From NCBI GenBank assembly GCA_035084275.1, contig CM068751.1, forward strand, positions 2,356,001 through 2,420,000: a stretch of DNA of 64,000 bases, read 5' to 3'. This document shows positions 23,573 through 37,440 of the stretch, in pieces (the first letter of the stretch is position 1; every line of letters begins with the position of its first letter). The stretch comes from Hydrolagus colliei. Its lineage: Eukaryota. Made by a program: the position numbers and the translations under genes. The notes under the pieces are model-generated. The model did not search any database. It saw only the letters and a program-made list of their open reading frames with translations, and was not told where the DNA came from.

Positions 23573-26500
23573 TTAAAAAACTAGGGGTTAGAACTGCCTA
23601 CCAACATTCTTAAATGGAGTATGATGTATGGCATGAATCAAATGGCAATAAAATATCTAAAGGGAATGAATGGTGCAGTAGATTTAAACCCTGGCTTTTC
23701 ACCTCTTGGATCTGGGTTTGAATCCCAGCTCAAACTAATAGCATGGAAGGCTGGCTCATCCTTCATAGAACCTGCAGAGTAAACGGAAACTCATGTTGTT
23801 TAGTTTATGAGAAAGTAATGGATGCCTGGAAAGGATTACAGGCACCAATCTGAACACAAGTTCAATTTGGTTTCTGTAAGTAAAAACAGACTAATAGATA
23901 CTAATTAGGAAATATAGGCATGTAATATATTAAAAAGATTCAGATGGCTCACACACAATCTGGAAATGATTATAAAGATGCTAGGAGCTCCAGATGGTAT
24001 ATATATAGAATAATGGCAACATGGAAGTGTTTTTAGAAGTACTGTAATACCCTAATCAGAAGATTTAGATGGATTTACATGGGAAGAGTTACATGGTAAT
24101 CCAGAGGCTAATGCTGGTCAAAGCCAAGTGAAGAGTGATGGCTGGGCAGTTATTCGCACCTGTCCTCCAGAATTATGTTGCCATTGTGCAACCACTTGAG
24201 TGTATAAAATAAAAACTGCCGTGAAGACACCTGCCGTATCCTTTAATCCTTTCTGTTTTGCACTGAATGTGGCTGTCAGGAGGGAAGATCGAAAGCCAGC
24301 AAAATCACCTTAATGCATGTGGATGCTCACGCATTGTAAAGTGAATTTACAGGTGCCTTGTGAAATAATATGCATCTGATTTCTGGGAAACACTGCCGTC
24401 TGTGGTAGTTTTGGGGATAAACAAATTTACCCCAGGATTCATCACATCAGAAATTACTTTGCCCAAGACTGAAGCCAGAGAGCCACTATCATGATTAAAA
24501 CCATTGATATACAACAACAATAACAAAATAACATGTATAGAGTGAATGCCTTTCACATCAGGAGGATGTCCCAAGGCGATGTACCATATATGTATGGTCA
24601 CACACTTCATTATTTCTGTTAACTTGGGAGATTGTCATAACTCTGAAAATATATCATTTGCATTTAAAACAGGTAAACTATTAAAATAAAAAGTTGGACA
24701 GAGAACTACAAGAAAAATTAAAGACTTTCATACTTTCCAAATACTGGGCTTATATTTGCACAAGATTTACAACAGCTAATTGGAATATTCCTGGTTTCCA
24801 GCAAGACCTGTACTAATAAAAACTGGAGGGTGTAGACAGTGACAGAGCCATCAGGGGTTCTTTATATACGACATATTTGTGATACAGAACAAAACAACTG
24901 ATTTCTGACTCCCAAAATTGAGCTAATGGATTGAAAATAACTAGCAATAGAGTATTAACCACCACCGGCAAGACTCTCTGTAAGACCATTTCAGATTTCT
25001 TCATCGTCACCTTCTCTCACCCTCATTTCATTGCAATGGACTGGATACATTACATGATCAAGCAAAGTAGCTTTTCATTACAGAGCTGTTACCAGTTACT
25101 CACACAGCCAACAACTACATTAAACGGTGACTCTATTTTGACTCACCTGACCCCAATTCCAAACAGATTGATTTACGATTTCTGGAGATGCAAGTCTAAT
25201 TATCCAATTTTCCCAGCCCACCCCCAACTGCACAGTCACCACCTAAAAATTCAATTAGATAGTTTTCATTCAAACAATCGAATGTACTGCGTGACTTTTT
25301 TGACATTGCTAAGGTAACGGGTCACAATGTGTAAGCTGGCTGTGATGGCCGGATTGATGAATGATTCTGTCAGAAAGCAGCACACTGGTAAATGCAGCTC
25401 AGCAGACAGTTGAAGGATTTTAGGTTTTGGAGGCAAGACTCACAGAGAGGCAAGCGTGCTTTGAACTGAGCAACCCAACACATTTAAAAAAAAATTTAAT
25501 TAAAAAAAATGAGTCACTTCAATCCACGACTATCCACTACACACAATGGGCTGCTGCGTTTCTTCCACAAAATTAACTTTGCAATATAGTCTGAAGAGCT
25601 TTGAGATGCCTCAAAGAGGTGAAAAGGCACTATATCAAATACAAGGATTATTATTATCTTTATAAGTAGGTTTGTGGGGATTTAATACTGTTTTTCATCT
25701 GATGGTCATTATAAACTAACTTCTTGGTCCCTCTCCTAAGGGCACGGGGACTTTTCAAAAATTGTATCTTATCATTCATCCTGATGATTTTCTGTTTTGC
25801 CTTTAACCCAGACCCTTCCAGTCCCTTCCATCCCCTGTTAATGCCACAAGGATTAAGAGGCAAAATTCAACATCTCTATGAGAAGGCCAGAGGCAAAATT
25901 GCAATCACTGACTCAACAAGCAGACAATTCTACGACAAATCTCAAAGCCAAATCCCAAGTACTCTACAAACTGCAATGCAATTGTAAAATCCAGATGCGA
26001 GAGCTCCTTTGAAGACAGTGAGATAAGAGGGTTGATAGAGGGGGAGTCCAAATGGAGCCATTTAAGGTCAAGACTAGACTTGACTGGATGACTTTCATAA
26101 ACCACATGATCTTTACCTCACTTTGAGTTATGCTACGCAAGGATGCTTGTTGCTCTCCGCAAGCCGCCAACTATCTGATACATGGAGGTCCCTCCAACAG
26201 TTTACTTTCCTTCCCTTGAGAGGTCAGTTATAACCAGCGCCTCGTGACGTCTTCCTGACGTGAATGGCGCTATACAAGTGTAATTTTGTTGCTATTCTTG
26301 TTGTTATTTAGTTGAAATAGCTGCAGTCATCCCTTCCTTCTCAGTTTTGTTGTCAGACAAGTGACCTGTGGATTCCTTAAAACACAAATTCCCTGGACAA
26401 CCATTCGTTACGAATACTAAAATCTTCCATCACAACCTTAGTGAAAATCTCTACTGAAGTGTAGCTGTGTGCTAAGCCCTTGTATCTTGGCAATAATATG

Positions 26501-26689
26501 TTGCAATAAATCTGGAACATGAATGCAGGAGCCAGGGGTTGTTCATCCTTGCTATACTGAGGCGTAATGCTGTTCATTATCCGAACATCATTTACTGTAC
26601 AAAATATTTGCTTTGGTAAACCTTTGTTTCTGCTTTAGGTTCAAACCTCACTCTACTAAATAACAATAATAACTGCAATACAATTGAAC

Positions 26690-27365
26690 ATTTATAGGAA
26701 CAGGAGTAGGCCATTCAGCCTTTCCAGCTGTATCACCATTTAATTAGATCTTGGCTGACCTATACTTCTACAAATACTTTCAATTCCAATTTCCCGCTTT
26801 CTCCCCCATATTCCTTAATACCCTGACCTACCAAAAATGTTATCAACCTCACTCTTGAAAGGTTTCGCCCACAAATATACAGTCGACTTTCCTGCCTTTT
26901 TTCCCCCTGCCTCGACCCCTCCCCTTTTGCTTCTTTACCCCCTTTTGCCTAGTCCCACTTCCGTGACTGATTGTGGGACACTGCTGTGCGCAATTTGGCT
27001 GCCATGTTTCGCCCACTAATACAGTTACTTTTCCTACTATGCTTTATCCTGCCCTGATCCTTCCCACCCTGCTCTTGTCCTACCTGACTGTACAGCGCCT
27101 TGGGATGTCCTCTCGACGTGAAAGGCGCTATATAAATGTAAGTTTTGTTTGTTTGTTTGTTTGTGTGGATGGATCCAGGATCCACAATCTTTTAGGAATG
27201 CGAAATCCCATTAGGTGAAACAATGGTCCTTGGTTTCACTCTTAAATGGCCTGGTTCTAATTTATAAGACTATGTCTCCTTGTTTTGGAGACACCAACAA
27301 CAACAACTTTGATTTATATAGCACCCTCCACGCCAGACGGCATCTCACCAGTGTAGCCTTTCACA
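26690..27365. mobile_element. Cluster of CR1 3' relic, SINE body and L2 tails
   Basis: ataggaacaggagtaggccattcagcc (CR1 3' end, minus strand); tgtgggacactgctgtgcgcaa; cagcgccttgggatgtcc..gtgaaaggcgctatataaatg. Confidence 0.6.
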
Positions 27366-29429
27366 TCAGGAGGATGTCAAGTCAGTTAAACTCTGCTGGT
27401 AAAGCTGTCCTTGATCTAGGGAGGGAAAACGCTCCATTATCAAACCTTCTTTTCAGTTTCTGGTCGATATAGAAAATCCCTCTCCTTAGTTGTAGACCCA
27501 TAACTGAGCAAAACAGGCTTCCCAATGTTACCAGATCACCAATTACATTCCAGTTCACCCAAATTCCCTGCATTCAATAAATGCACCAGAACAAGTGAAA
27601 TCACAGTAAATTTAAATCATTGAACTGTCTCCTTGCTTGGTTACTGTATTCATGCAATCCTACTCATTTGAGTAGTGTCTTGCCAATACAATATACAGCA
27701 ACAATCTTTTTGACAAAATGGCAACCTTATTGTTGAATTAAACTTACAATTGCATGGCTTAGGGAAAAACATGTGAGAAACCCTAAACACAAACCAAATA
27801 TTCATGATTTACTTCATACAATGCTAACAGTCATATTCTCCTGACTGGTGGCTGCAATGAATTTATATTGGAGTAGATGTGGCACACAGCATAATGATAA
27901 CTTCACTTGGGCACTAAGTTGACAACCTCCTCCATGTGGCATTGTTCCCGGATCAGTTCTTGATCTCAAGTGAAGCAATGAAAGAGCTACAGAGCTACTC
28001 TCAATGAATGAAAGCATGCTTAAGAAAATTGGCATAACATTTTTTTAGTTTTAGTATCCAGCATTCAAACCAAATTCCAAAAACATACCATCCAGGACTT
28101 ACCACCCTAAAACAACACAGATTGAATTTTTGTTAACAGTCAGTAATATAGTAATGGGAAATACAAATCAAATACACCTTTGAATATCCTTTCAAAATAT
28201 TCTACAAAGATTGGTCAGAAGTAAATTAAAATGTATGCAGATATATTATTGTTCTGTTCAGAACACCCTCCGCCTCCTCACTTACATTCACATATAAGTT
28301 GCAGAACAAGCACCATAATCTCTTTATTAAAAAAAAGCCACATGACTTTCCTAATCAGATACCTTATCTCGATCTACTTCCCCCACATGCCTCCCTTCCT
28401 TCTGTGACCTATTGAATAATTACGGAACTAAATATCTCTGGAGAAGATCTTGTTAAAGCATTCCCAGAAGAAAACAGTAAAGGCTTTTTGTTCTTTCTGG
28501 TGCTGTCTGCTCAGTTTAAGTAATGGCTGAACTCCTCAATGCAAGATTTACACATCAAGGCTGCTTTTTAGATCTACAGCTGAAGTGGTGAGTTAGTGAA
28601 ACCATGTGCAAGTTATGTCACCCTGATTTATAAAATCACAACTGTTTTCTTGGGACCATAAACCATTATAGACAGCAATATGTTAACTGGGTAAAGAAAC
28701 ATTTACTTCGACAGTCTTAGTGTGTCAGTGTACCGACAGCAACCAAGATTTCAATCTGATGTATTGGCACCAGTTAATTGAGGTGGGTGGAAAAGCTGAG
28801 CAGGAACTTTCTCTGCTTTTCTCCTGAAGTCAGTGTGACATGCTTAAGTGGATGCTTGTAGACCTTCAACCCTTCACCAGTGTCTATTCTTGTGTGAGAG
28901 GTGCCAGTGAATTTTTGCAGAATATTTAACTCTTTGGGGAGGAAGGGGAACAGCAACCATCATAATAATAATCCTCCATTTAATATAGCACCTTATCACA
29001 TCAGGAGGTTTCAAGGCCTTCAGAGAATATACTGTAAGGTTTAGAGACTGTGTATTTTGTGGGTGAAATGCCACAATTGGCAATTGGAGTGAGTGACCAA
29101 ATTATTATTATTAGTTTTGAAGGGATTATCACCCTCGGATAATGTGCACACATTTTGAACCACTTAAAAATCAGCAGGCAATCGGACTTTCTTTTATGCC
29201 CAATCCACTTTTACTTTTTTGTACTGCCTAAATTCATTTCAATGGCTGGTATTGATGGCATTATTGGAGTCTTAGTCTGGGAGTTTTCACAGTCATATGA
29301 ATTTAATTGCCAACCCATAACCTTCTGACCTACAGGCAAGTAATGTTACCAATGTACTGAATTAACAACTAAAATAATTGAAGTCTGGCCAGTCAATGAA
29401 TCAAACAAGATACCATGCATAGGGGATCA

Positions 29430-29715
29430 GCAGGTCATAGAGGTAGGAGAGGGCAAGGCTGTGGATGGCCTTGAAAGTGAGGATGAGGATCTTGAATTCT
29501 ATCCTTTGAGGGATGGGAAGCTAGTGGAGCCGGGTGAGGGTGTGGGTGACAGAGCCTTGTGCACGAGAGGACACGAGCTGTAGAATTTTGGATGATCTGC
29601 AGCTTGTGGAGGGAAGATTTGGGGAGGTCGACAAGGAGGGAGTTTCTGTTGTCGAGCCTTGAGGTGACAAATGCTTGTGTGAGGGTTTCTGTGCCATGAG
29701 GGAGTGGTGAAGCCA
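29430..29715 (-). mobile_element. L2-type LINE fragment
   Basis: ETLTQAFVTSRLDNRNSLLVDLPKSSLHKLQIIQNSTARVL. Confidence 0.85.
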
Positions 29716-31706
29716 TGGAGGAAAGAGAAAGCCAAGAATGAAAGAAAAAAAATACCTACAGAGAGCAATCAAATTGAGGAGGAAAAATGGGAGCCATCAA
29801 AACAGCCATTATTGTGGGCTGGCATCAGTCCAGCTTCTTAATCAAACCATGCTCTCTAATATTCATCAGCGCAGGCCTATGTGCTATTATTCTGCAGGTT
29901 GTTATATAGCTATGAAGCATAATATTGAGTCCACAGGGAAAGTAATTACTGGAGGAGTTCGGGCTTTTCAATATTGGAATAGTAATTACAAGAAGGTAGA
30001 CTCTGATGATTTTCATCACAATACCGGCCTTTATGTGAAGCTCTGTAGCAGATAGATATCTTTTTAAAAGATTAGAGTTTTTTTAAAAAAAACATTAGCT
30101 GATATGAACCATGACAGGTTATCACAATTGTGCCTTATGCTTTCTTTTATACCATTATCCAAGCATTTATGTTCTCACTGATGCAACTGGCAAGCAGTAA
30201 ATCTGCTTTGACTGCACATTCATTAAAAGTCCTTAAATTGGCAAAAAAAAACACAGCATGATTTGGGACACTGGGTGATTATAAAAAATTAGGATGTATT
30301 TCATTTGGAATTCATTGCATATAAAACAATATAGATAGACTGTGATCTGGGTTCATTCTTGTTTCTCTGGTCCCAGTTATTCATTAACCCCCTCATCATA
30401 ATTACTCCTTTATTTAATGAAGGTAATGTACGTGTTTGCGAGGTCAAAATCAATGCTTATTTAAAATACTCTGACATGGTACATTTTCCTCTGGTCTAGT
30501 TGTCCCATTAAAGTACAGGTTGCAATTTTTAACAGCCAACACCACCAACAGTACCACCACAGATGAGCCATGAATTTCCAATCTATGGGTCTCAGAGAAT
30601 GGTAGCTCACATACAATAAAACACAAGGAGAAGTTAACCATCAGGGGAGTTGTGCTGAATACAATTTGAATCAAAATGTTAGGTGAGTAAAACTTTCAGC
30701 AGAACATATTTTCCATTTGGATATTTTTCCATTATAGTCAAGAAAACTTGGTAAAGTTGCGTCCGTGATAAAAGGTGGAGATGGAGTGGAGAAGTAAACT
30801 GCATTTTGGGTAATGGGAGGGGCACATAGGAGGAGATGGAATGCGTGGGTGAGTTTATGCACCAATCTGAGTTTATATCCACCTTCATCCCAATCTCGTT
30901 TAACAGAAATGTTGGGAGGTTTCTAATTACTAGAATCACCCATTTGAGCAGAAGAAATTCCTGTGGAGAAAGACAAAGAGAAAATACTTTGCTGGCTAGC
31001 ACATCAAAATGATTTCTCATTTTAATACCAGAGGTGTTTTCTAACACATTGGATCTGTACCTTTAAATCCTAACAGCATTCACTTTCTGCTTTCAGGTGA
31101 AATGTTAGCATCCCAAAGGAAAGTACAAATAGATCCAACATTTATCACATTACTCTGACCTTTATAAGTGTGGGAATCCGGTTTGGTGGACTAGATTATA
31201 AGTACCGGTAAGTAAACCAATAAGTTCATATGTTAGCTGAAAACTATTTCTTACAACGCTACAACATTCTCTTTTACCATCATCGACGCCAAATACATTT
31301 TATATCAATGAATGTGCTGAAAAAAATCACTGAACCCAATTAAAAGAAGAAGCATCTTTGTGATCCAGATAAATTTGTCCAAGAGTGTTTTAGATGAGAA
31401 AATGTGGCTATTCAAATGAATTACTGTCAGAATAGAGCAGAATTTCATAGCCTCTCTATATCACAGCATTACTTACAATGCAGGAGCCAACAGAACTATG
31501 GAAAGCACCACATTTACACCGTGAGGAAGATTCACGGCAGCAGTGTCAGCAACAGAATATGTGGCCATTCAGCAACTTAAGGTGTGTATCTATTCAGAAA
31601 TCACAAATAATCTTTATTTCTTGCTGCAGAGAGAGAGCAGACTTCCTTCCCCATCTAAACTGAAGGTCCAAAGGGTATTTTTTAACTTAAGAAGGTTGGT
31701 AACGAG

Positions 31707-31776
31707 TCTTTTCCTGTTTTGTCTCTATCCTCAACCCAAACATTTGGGTTGAGGATAGAGACAAAACAGGAAAAGA
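31707..31776. repeat. Perfect inverted repeat, 34-bp arms with a 2-nt loop
   Basis: tcttttcctgttttgtctctatcctcaacccaaa-ca-tttgggttgaggatagagacaaaacaggaaaaga. Confidence 0.95.
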
Positions 31777-32128
31777 ATTTCAGACACATGCGGTGGGCCG
31801 ATGATTACTGAGTACACATTGTTGTCAGACTTATGAAGGAACCTCAGCAATAATTTATAACTTCTCTTCCAAGTAAATTACTGCAGGCAATAAACCTGAT
31901 TATGATTAAGTAAAGATTACTTAACTGTAATTCTGTGATGGCTTTCTCTCATCTTTTCCTTCTGTATTATGTGTAAAAGTGTAAGATGTACTTTCACTTG
32001 TATATATGTGAGTGGAGAGAGTGAGAGAGAGAACAGAACATGCAAGACCAAGAGGACATGTGACACAGAATGTAGGGAGAAATAAGTGAAAATATAACAT
32101 GACAGAAAGAACAGAAAGGCAGAGGCAG

Positions 32129-32380
32129 ATAATAATAATCCTTGCATTTGATATAGCACTTTTCAGATCTTATCGATGTCTCAAAGCGCTTCACAGAATA
32201 TATGGTAAAGTGAATTGACTGCATATTTGTGGGAGAAATATGGCAGCCAATTGCACACAGCAGTGTCCCACAAACAGTCGTGGTTTGAAATGACCCATTT
32301 TTTTATTATTGCGTTTTGTTTTGGAGGGATTATTATTAGGCGTGTGGAGTAAGGAAAGCTGCCCAAGGTTTCGCCCTGAT
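32129..32380 (-). mobile_element. tRNA-derived SINE copy lacking its head
   Basis: Reverse complement of the 13960-14215 body and tail. Confidence 0.85.
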
Positions 32381-32649
32381 CAGCCTGCAGATGGCACAGA
32401 CATGCAGAGAAGACACCGTAGCCTGTACTGGCTGGGGTCAGCTGTTCTTTTCCAGTTACGAGACTGATTTTACTTCTCCTGGAAGAATGCTGTTAACGTG
32501 TTGGAAATCCCCTGAACTGTAAATAATGGTAAAGAATGACAGCCCCAAAGCACTAGGTTGCAGAGTGCCAGCAGCTAGGCCCAGGGTTGACAACGATGTC
32601 CAGGGTTGACAATGAAGAAAGGCCTCCGGACACTCTGCAGAATGCTGTA

Positions 32650-32842
32650 CAGGCAGCATTCTGAGCTAGTGCCACCATCAGGCATCTAGTAGCAACATTC
32701 CAAAATACTGACGCAACACAAAACACCCAAAAAATGCATTTTTCTGGATAAATTCCGGTTTATCGAACGCAGACCTTTGTTTTGCGGTGCCGGTTATACG
32801 GAAATTACGATGATTAGGTCGCAGATAAATGGGCTTCTACTG
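32650..32842. mobile_element. Right half of the Tigger-like MITE
   Basis: Closely matches 6378-6572. Confidence 0.8.
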
Positions 32843-32949
32843 TACTGTATTTAATATTCAACGCCCTAAATATGTCACAGAATATAAATAATGTCTTCCT
32901 AACGGTGAGACTCTGGTAATTGCTGAGCTAAAGGAAGCAGCACAAAGTA

Positions 32950-33677
32950 CAGTAAAAGCCCATTTATCCGTGACCCGATCAACCATAACTTCCGTATAAC
33001 TGGCACTTCAAAAAAAAGGTCCCCATTTGATTAACCGGATCTTATCAGGCACAATGCTGTTACTGGAGCCTGAAGGTGGCGCTGACTTTTTTTTTCCCTC
33101 ACAGAGTACAGTACGATTAAATGCTGCCAGTAGTGCACTTCCGGGTATCAGACAGAGTCAGGGAAGGAGAGGGAATTAGGGGGTGGGGGGGGGGGGGGCG
33201 GGTAGGAGAAAGAGAGAGGAGTGGGAAGGGGAAAGAGAGGTGGGGGAGGGGAGAGATAGAGAGGGGGTGAGTTGATTAATTTAGATGGAAAATGAGAGGA
33301 GTGGAGAGGGGTTTGGAGTCATTGAGATGCCATACTGATTGTGTGTGTGTGTGTGTGTGCGTGCGTGAAAGAGAGAGGAAAGGAGGGAGTGAAAGAAAGA
33401 AAAGAAAAAAAGACTGTGTCGTTTTTGACGATTGTGTCGTTTGTGATTGTGTGCTGTGTTTATAGACTGTAATTGATATTTATTGCTTTATTGGTAAGTA
33501 TCCATACAATATTCTGTTATTATTTAGTCTATTATTAATATGGTAGGTTTAAAAAATAGTAATTCAAATTTTTGTTGTTGTTTTGGGTTTTTGGCAGCTG
33601 GTCGCCCAAATATCCGGCACGCGGTTTAACTGGCATTGGCCAGGTCCCGAGGGTGCCAGATCAACGGGCTTTTACTC
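32950..33677. mobile_element. Tigger-like MITE in inverted orientation with G-rich and (tg)n interior
   Basis: ta|cagtaaaagcccatttatccg start and acgggcttttactc end. Confidence 0.8.
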
Positions 33678-34730
33678 TAACTCTCACTCCTCTCCAAATG
33701 GAATAAATCATGTGCTACATAACAGAAATGTATTCAACAATCTGCACTCATGCACTCACATGCACTTTCAGTTTAAATAAAAGGCATTGCCTAGTTGCCC
33801 AACAGCTCATTTGCTAAAACCATTGCCCAATGTAAAAATGAGCTATGTATGTCAGGGTTCTAGGAATAATACTGGGTGATCTCTGCAGGTGATGCAGAAT
33901 GGGTACTCAGCATCGTTGAGCCAGGAAAGGGAAACATAAATAAGGCATTTTAGTCCCTGGCTATCAATATATTCACTAGAAATTATACATGCCCAGGGTG
34001 AGTGAGGGGAGCATTGGACTTAACTGTGATGTCTCCCTTCATCAACTGCCACTCACTGAATGGATTCATATATGAGGAAAGGTCTCTTGGGTTCCCTGAA
34101 GCATGATTGTTGTTTACGGAACCATATCCCTGCCTTTTCATGAGTAGAGGGCACAACATAGCTTTACATATGGAGGCATTTACCAAACAACAATTGTTAA
34201 TTATGAACTCATTTTCTATTACTCTTTAGTGAACGTTATTTGCCTTGCTTAATAAAATATCAGTTGCTTGCATTGATAGAATAATACTGAGGAATGGTAC
34301 CCATCCTGCAACTGGAACCATCATTTGATGCTGATTCACACAGTTATGATAATAATAATCATCTCAGCATTTGATATAGCATTGTTCACATCTTCTAGAC
34401 GTCTCAAAGTGCTTCACAGAATACACTGTAAGGTGAAATTATTGTATATTTTGTGGGCAAAACGTTCTATTCAATTGTTCTACTCAAACACTCGATTCAA
34501 TTGTCAGACGAGCTGAGTAAATATATTTTTTTGCAAGTAAGGGAAAAGAACCAATGAACCATAAGCTTATCTGGTTGAGAGCTAGTTAATATAAATGTTG
34601 ATTTTAAACTAAATAGGCCACAGACAAATTCTGCAATGTCGTGAATAAGGCCATTTTACACACATCAAGAAAAAAAATCTTTGCAAATACAGGTTGCATT
34701 TAAGAAACTCACCCTAAGATGATTTCCTTA

Positions 34731-34853
<123 letters not shown>

Positions 34854-35029
34854 TTAATAAACATGAAACTTTGAGTCAGCTTCCATCATCACAGGGGCCA
34901 AGATAGTCCTTAGATGGACAGTGTCGACTCCAAATCAATTCTCCCATTGGAAGATGAACAGAGTATCAGCTAACTGTGATATATGACGTACATTCTCTGG
35001 GCAGGGCTCCTCCATATTTCCTCTTTATA

Positions 35030-35322
35030 ATCCTTGTTCAGTATTTGATATAGTACTTTTCACCTTTTTTTAGAAATTTAAAAACACTTCATAGAATATA
35101 CTGTAAAGTGAATTGACTGTATATTTGTGGGCGAATCACGGCAGCAATTTGTGCACAGCAGCGTCCCACAAACAGTTATGAATTGAATGACCAAATTATT
35201 ATTGTATTGTTTTGGAGGGATTATTATTAGGCGTGTAGAGTAAGGAAACTTGTCCAAGGTTTCAACCTGCCGGAAATTGAACCCAGATCTCTCACTTGTA
35301 AGGCGAGTGCTCTAACCACTGA
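35030..35322 (-). mobile_element. tRNA-derived SINE copy
   Basis: Head ctcagtggttagagcactcgcc on the minus strand, followed by body and tail. Confidence 0.85.
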
Positions 35323-36389
35323 GTGAAATGTGGCAGCCAATTGCATACAGCAGTATCCCAGAATCCAGGTTTGGATTGAAGTGACCAAACATATCCAGAG
35401 TGGAGTGTGGGGGATACTCAATAACATTTTAATCAGCAGCATGATGACAACTGTACATGATGACAATGCAAACCAATCCAGTTTTTTTTTAAAAATGATC
35501 TCATTTGCAAAACATTTTGAAATAAGTGAGTTTTAAATGGCAATAGTAGGGAGGAGGGTGGACAGTGAACTTGGAGTTTATGGGGTTACCTAAACAAGAT
35601 TTTTCTTTAATATTTAGGATTATTGGGAATGGAAGAAACCTGAATCTAAGAAAAGACAGAGGACTTTCAATAAAAGCGGACAGGAAGCCAGAGAGGGCGA
35701 GATTTTGAACAAGATTGAGAACTCTTGTGCAAAGTAGAGATTGGCAGCAGGAAATAATGCTCAGACAATGTAAGTTGCTTAGGAACCAGAACTCTGTTGC
35801 TAAGAATTCCTGTCCACTTTAGCCACTGTACATGCACATATACTATCCTGCTTCCTAAGCAGAAACTGAATACACCACTGTGAAGCAAGTCTTCAATGAA
35901 TGCCACTCACACAGTTGTCTCCAAACAATTTTCTTGGAGCTTTCTTGCAAAGCTCAAAGCTTTTTACTTATTGGCACATCTTAAGCTTTTCTACCCATTG
36001 GTGGCTAAACTGCTAGATCCCAGTAATGAATATCAAGAACAGTCTTGTTTCCGTACAATAATAGACTTTGTATAGTTTTTAAGAGATCATCAGTTTTGAT
36101 ACATCTTGTTCAATGCTGGGAATCACCTGATGATCAAAAAGGTGGAATCACAAGTAATGGGAAACACAATATCATGTTTATGCATTTAAATAAAACTTAA
36201 CAGGATTTGACTTGTGAAGGAAAACCAGGCAATTTATAATTACAGTTTTGTTTGAAAAATCTTCAGAACAGATTCCTTTTGACCCATTTGCTCTCTACCA
36301 ATATGCTATGCAAGACTAGCTAAAATTGAAGGCTTCAACAAATGTAATTCTATCATTGGTTCTAAGATGCCTCTAAGATCCCTAAGGTG

Positions 36390-37440
36390 TCAGCGGTTTC
36401 TCTTCCAGCCCCCGCACTGTCACCTGTGGCGTCCCCCAGGGCTCTGTCCTTGGCCCCCTACTTTTCAACATCTACATGGTGACATCATCCGCAGATATGG
36501 GGTTAACTTCCACATGTATGCGGATGACACCCAACTCTATCTCTCTGCCTCTACCCTCGACTCCAGGACAGTCCTGACAGACTGTCTGTCAGACATCAAG
36601 TCCTGGAATGAGAGCTAACTTTCTACAGTTGAATGTCAACAAGACAGAGGCCCTACTGATTGCACCTTCATGCATCAAGTGTTGGCAGCATCAACTTCCA
36701 TGGTTGCACATTCAACCTCACCAAGCCAGTCAGGAACCTAGATTTCTTGTTCGACCCTCAACTGTCTTTCCTCCTCCACATCCAAGCAATGACTTGCTCT
36801 GCCTTTCCCCATCTCTGCAACATTGCCTGACTCTGCCACTACCTTACCCCCAAAGCCGCTGAAAACCTCTTTCACGCCTTCATTACATCCCGGCCCTTCT
36901 TGTCAGCCTTCCCAACTCCTCCCTCCACAGGCTGCAGATAATCCAGAACTCTGCGGCCCGTTACAAACTCTGTGACCCCATCTCCCCCAACTCTATTGGC
37001 TCCCCATCATCCAGAGGAGCCAATTCAAGATCCTGGTCGTCACATTGAAAGCCCTCCACAACCTCTACCCACCCTACATCCTTGACCTTCTATTCTCTTA
37101 CCAACCAGTCCGCCCACTCTGCTCAGTAGGCTCTTGCCAGCTCCACTTCTCCCGACCCACCCACCCAACCATTGGTGGGCGAGCCTTTAGCCACTCTGCC
37201 CCCAACCTCTGGAATACCATCCCGCAGTCCCTCCACCTCGCCCCCCTCCCTGGCCTCCTTCAAGTCTCGCCTCAAGACTCTCCTCCTCGATGGACCCATC
37301 AGCAACTCCTAATCCCCCCCTCCTAATTCCCTCCCCCTCCCCCTGTCTTTAGCTCAGGTCTGAAGCAGTGACTGTCCAGCGCCTTGGGATGTCCTCCTGA
37401 CATGGAACGTGCTATACAAGTGTAATTTTGTTGTTGTTAT
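36390..37440 (+). mobile_element. L2-type LINE 3' portion, decayed
   Basis: [47 protein letters not shown]; (ttg)n tail. Confidence 0.9.
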
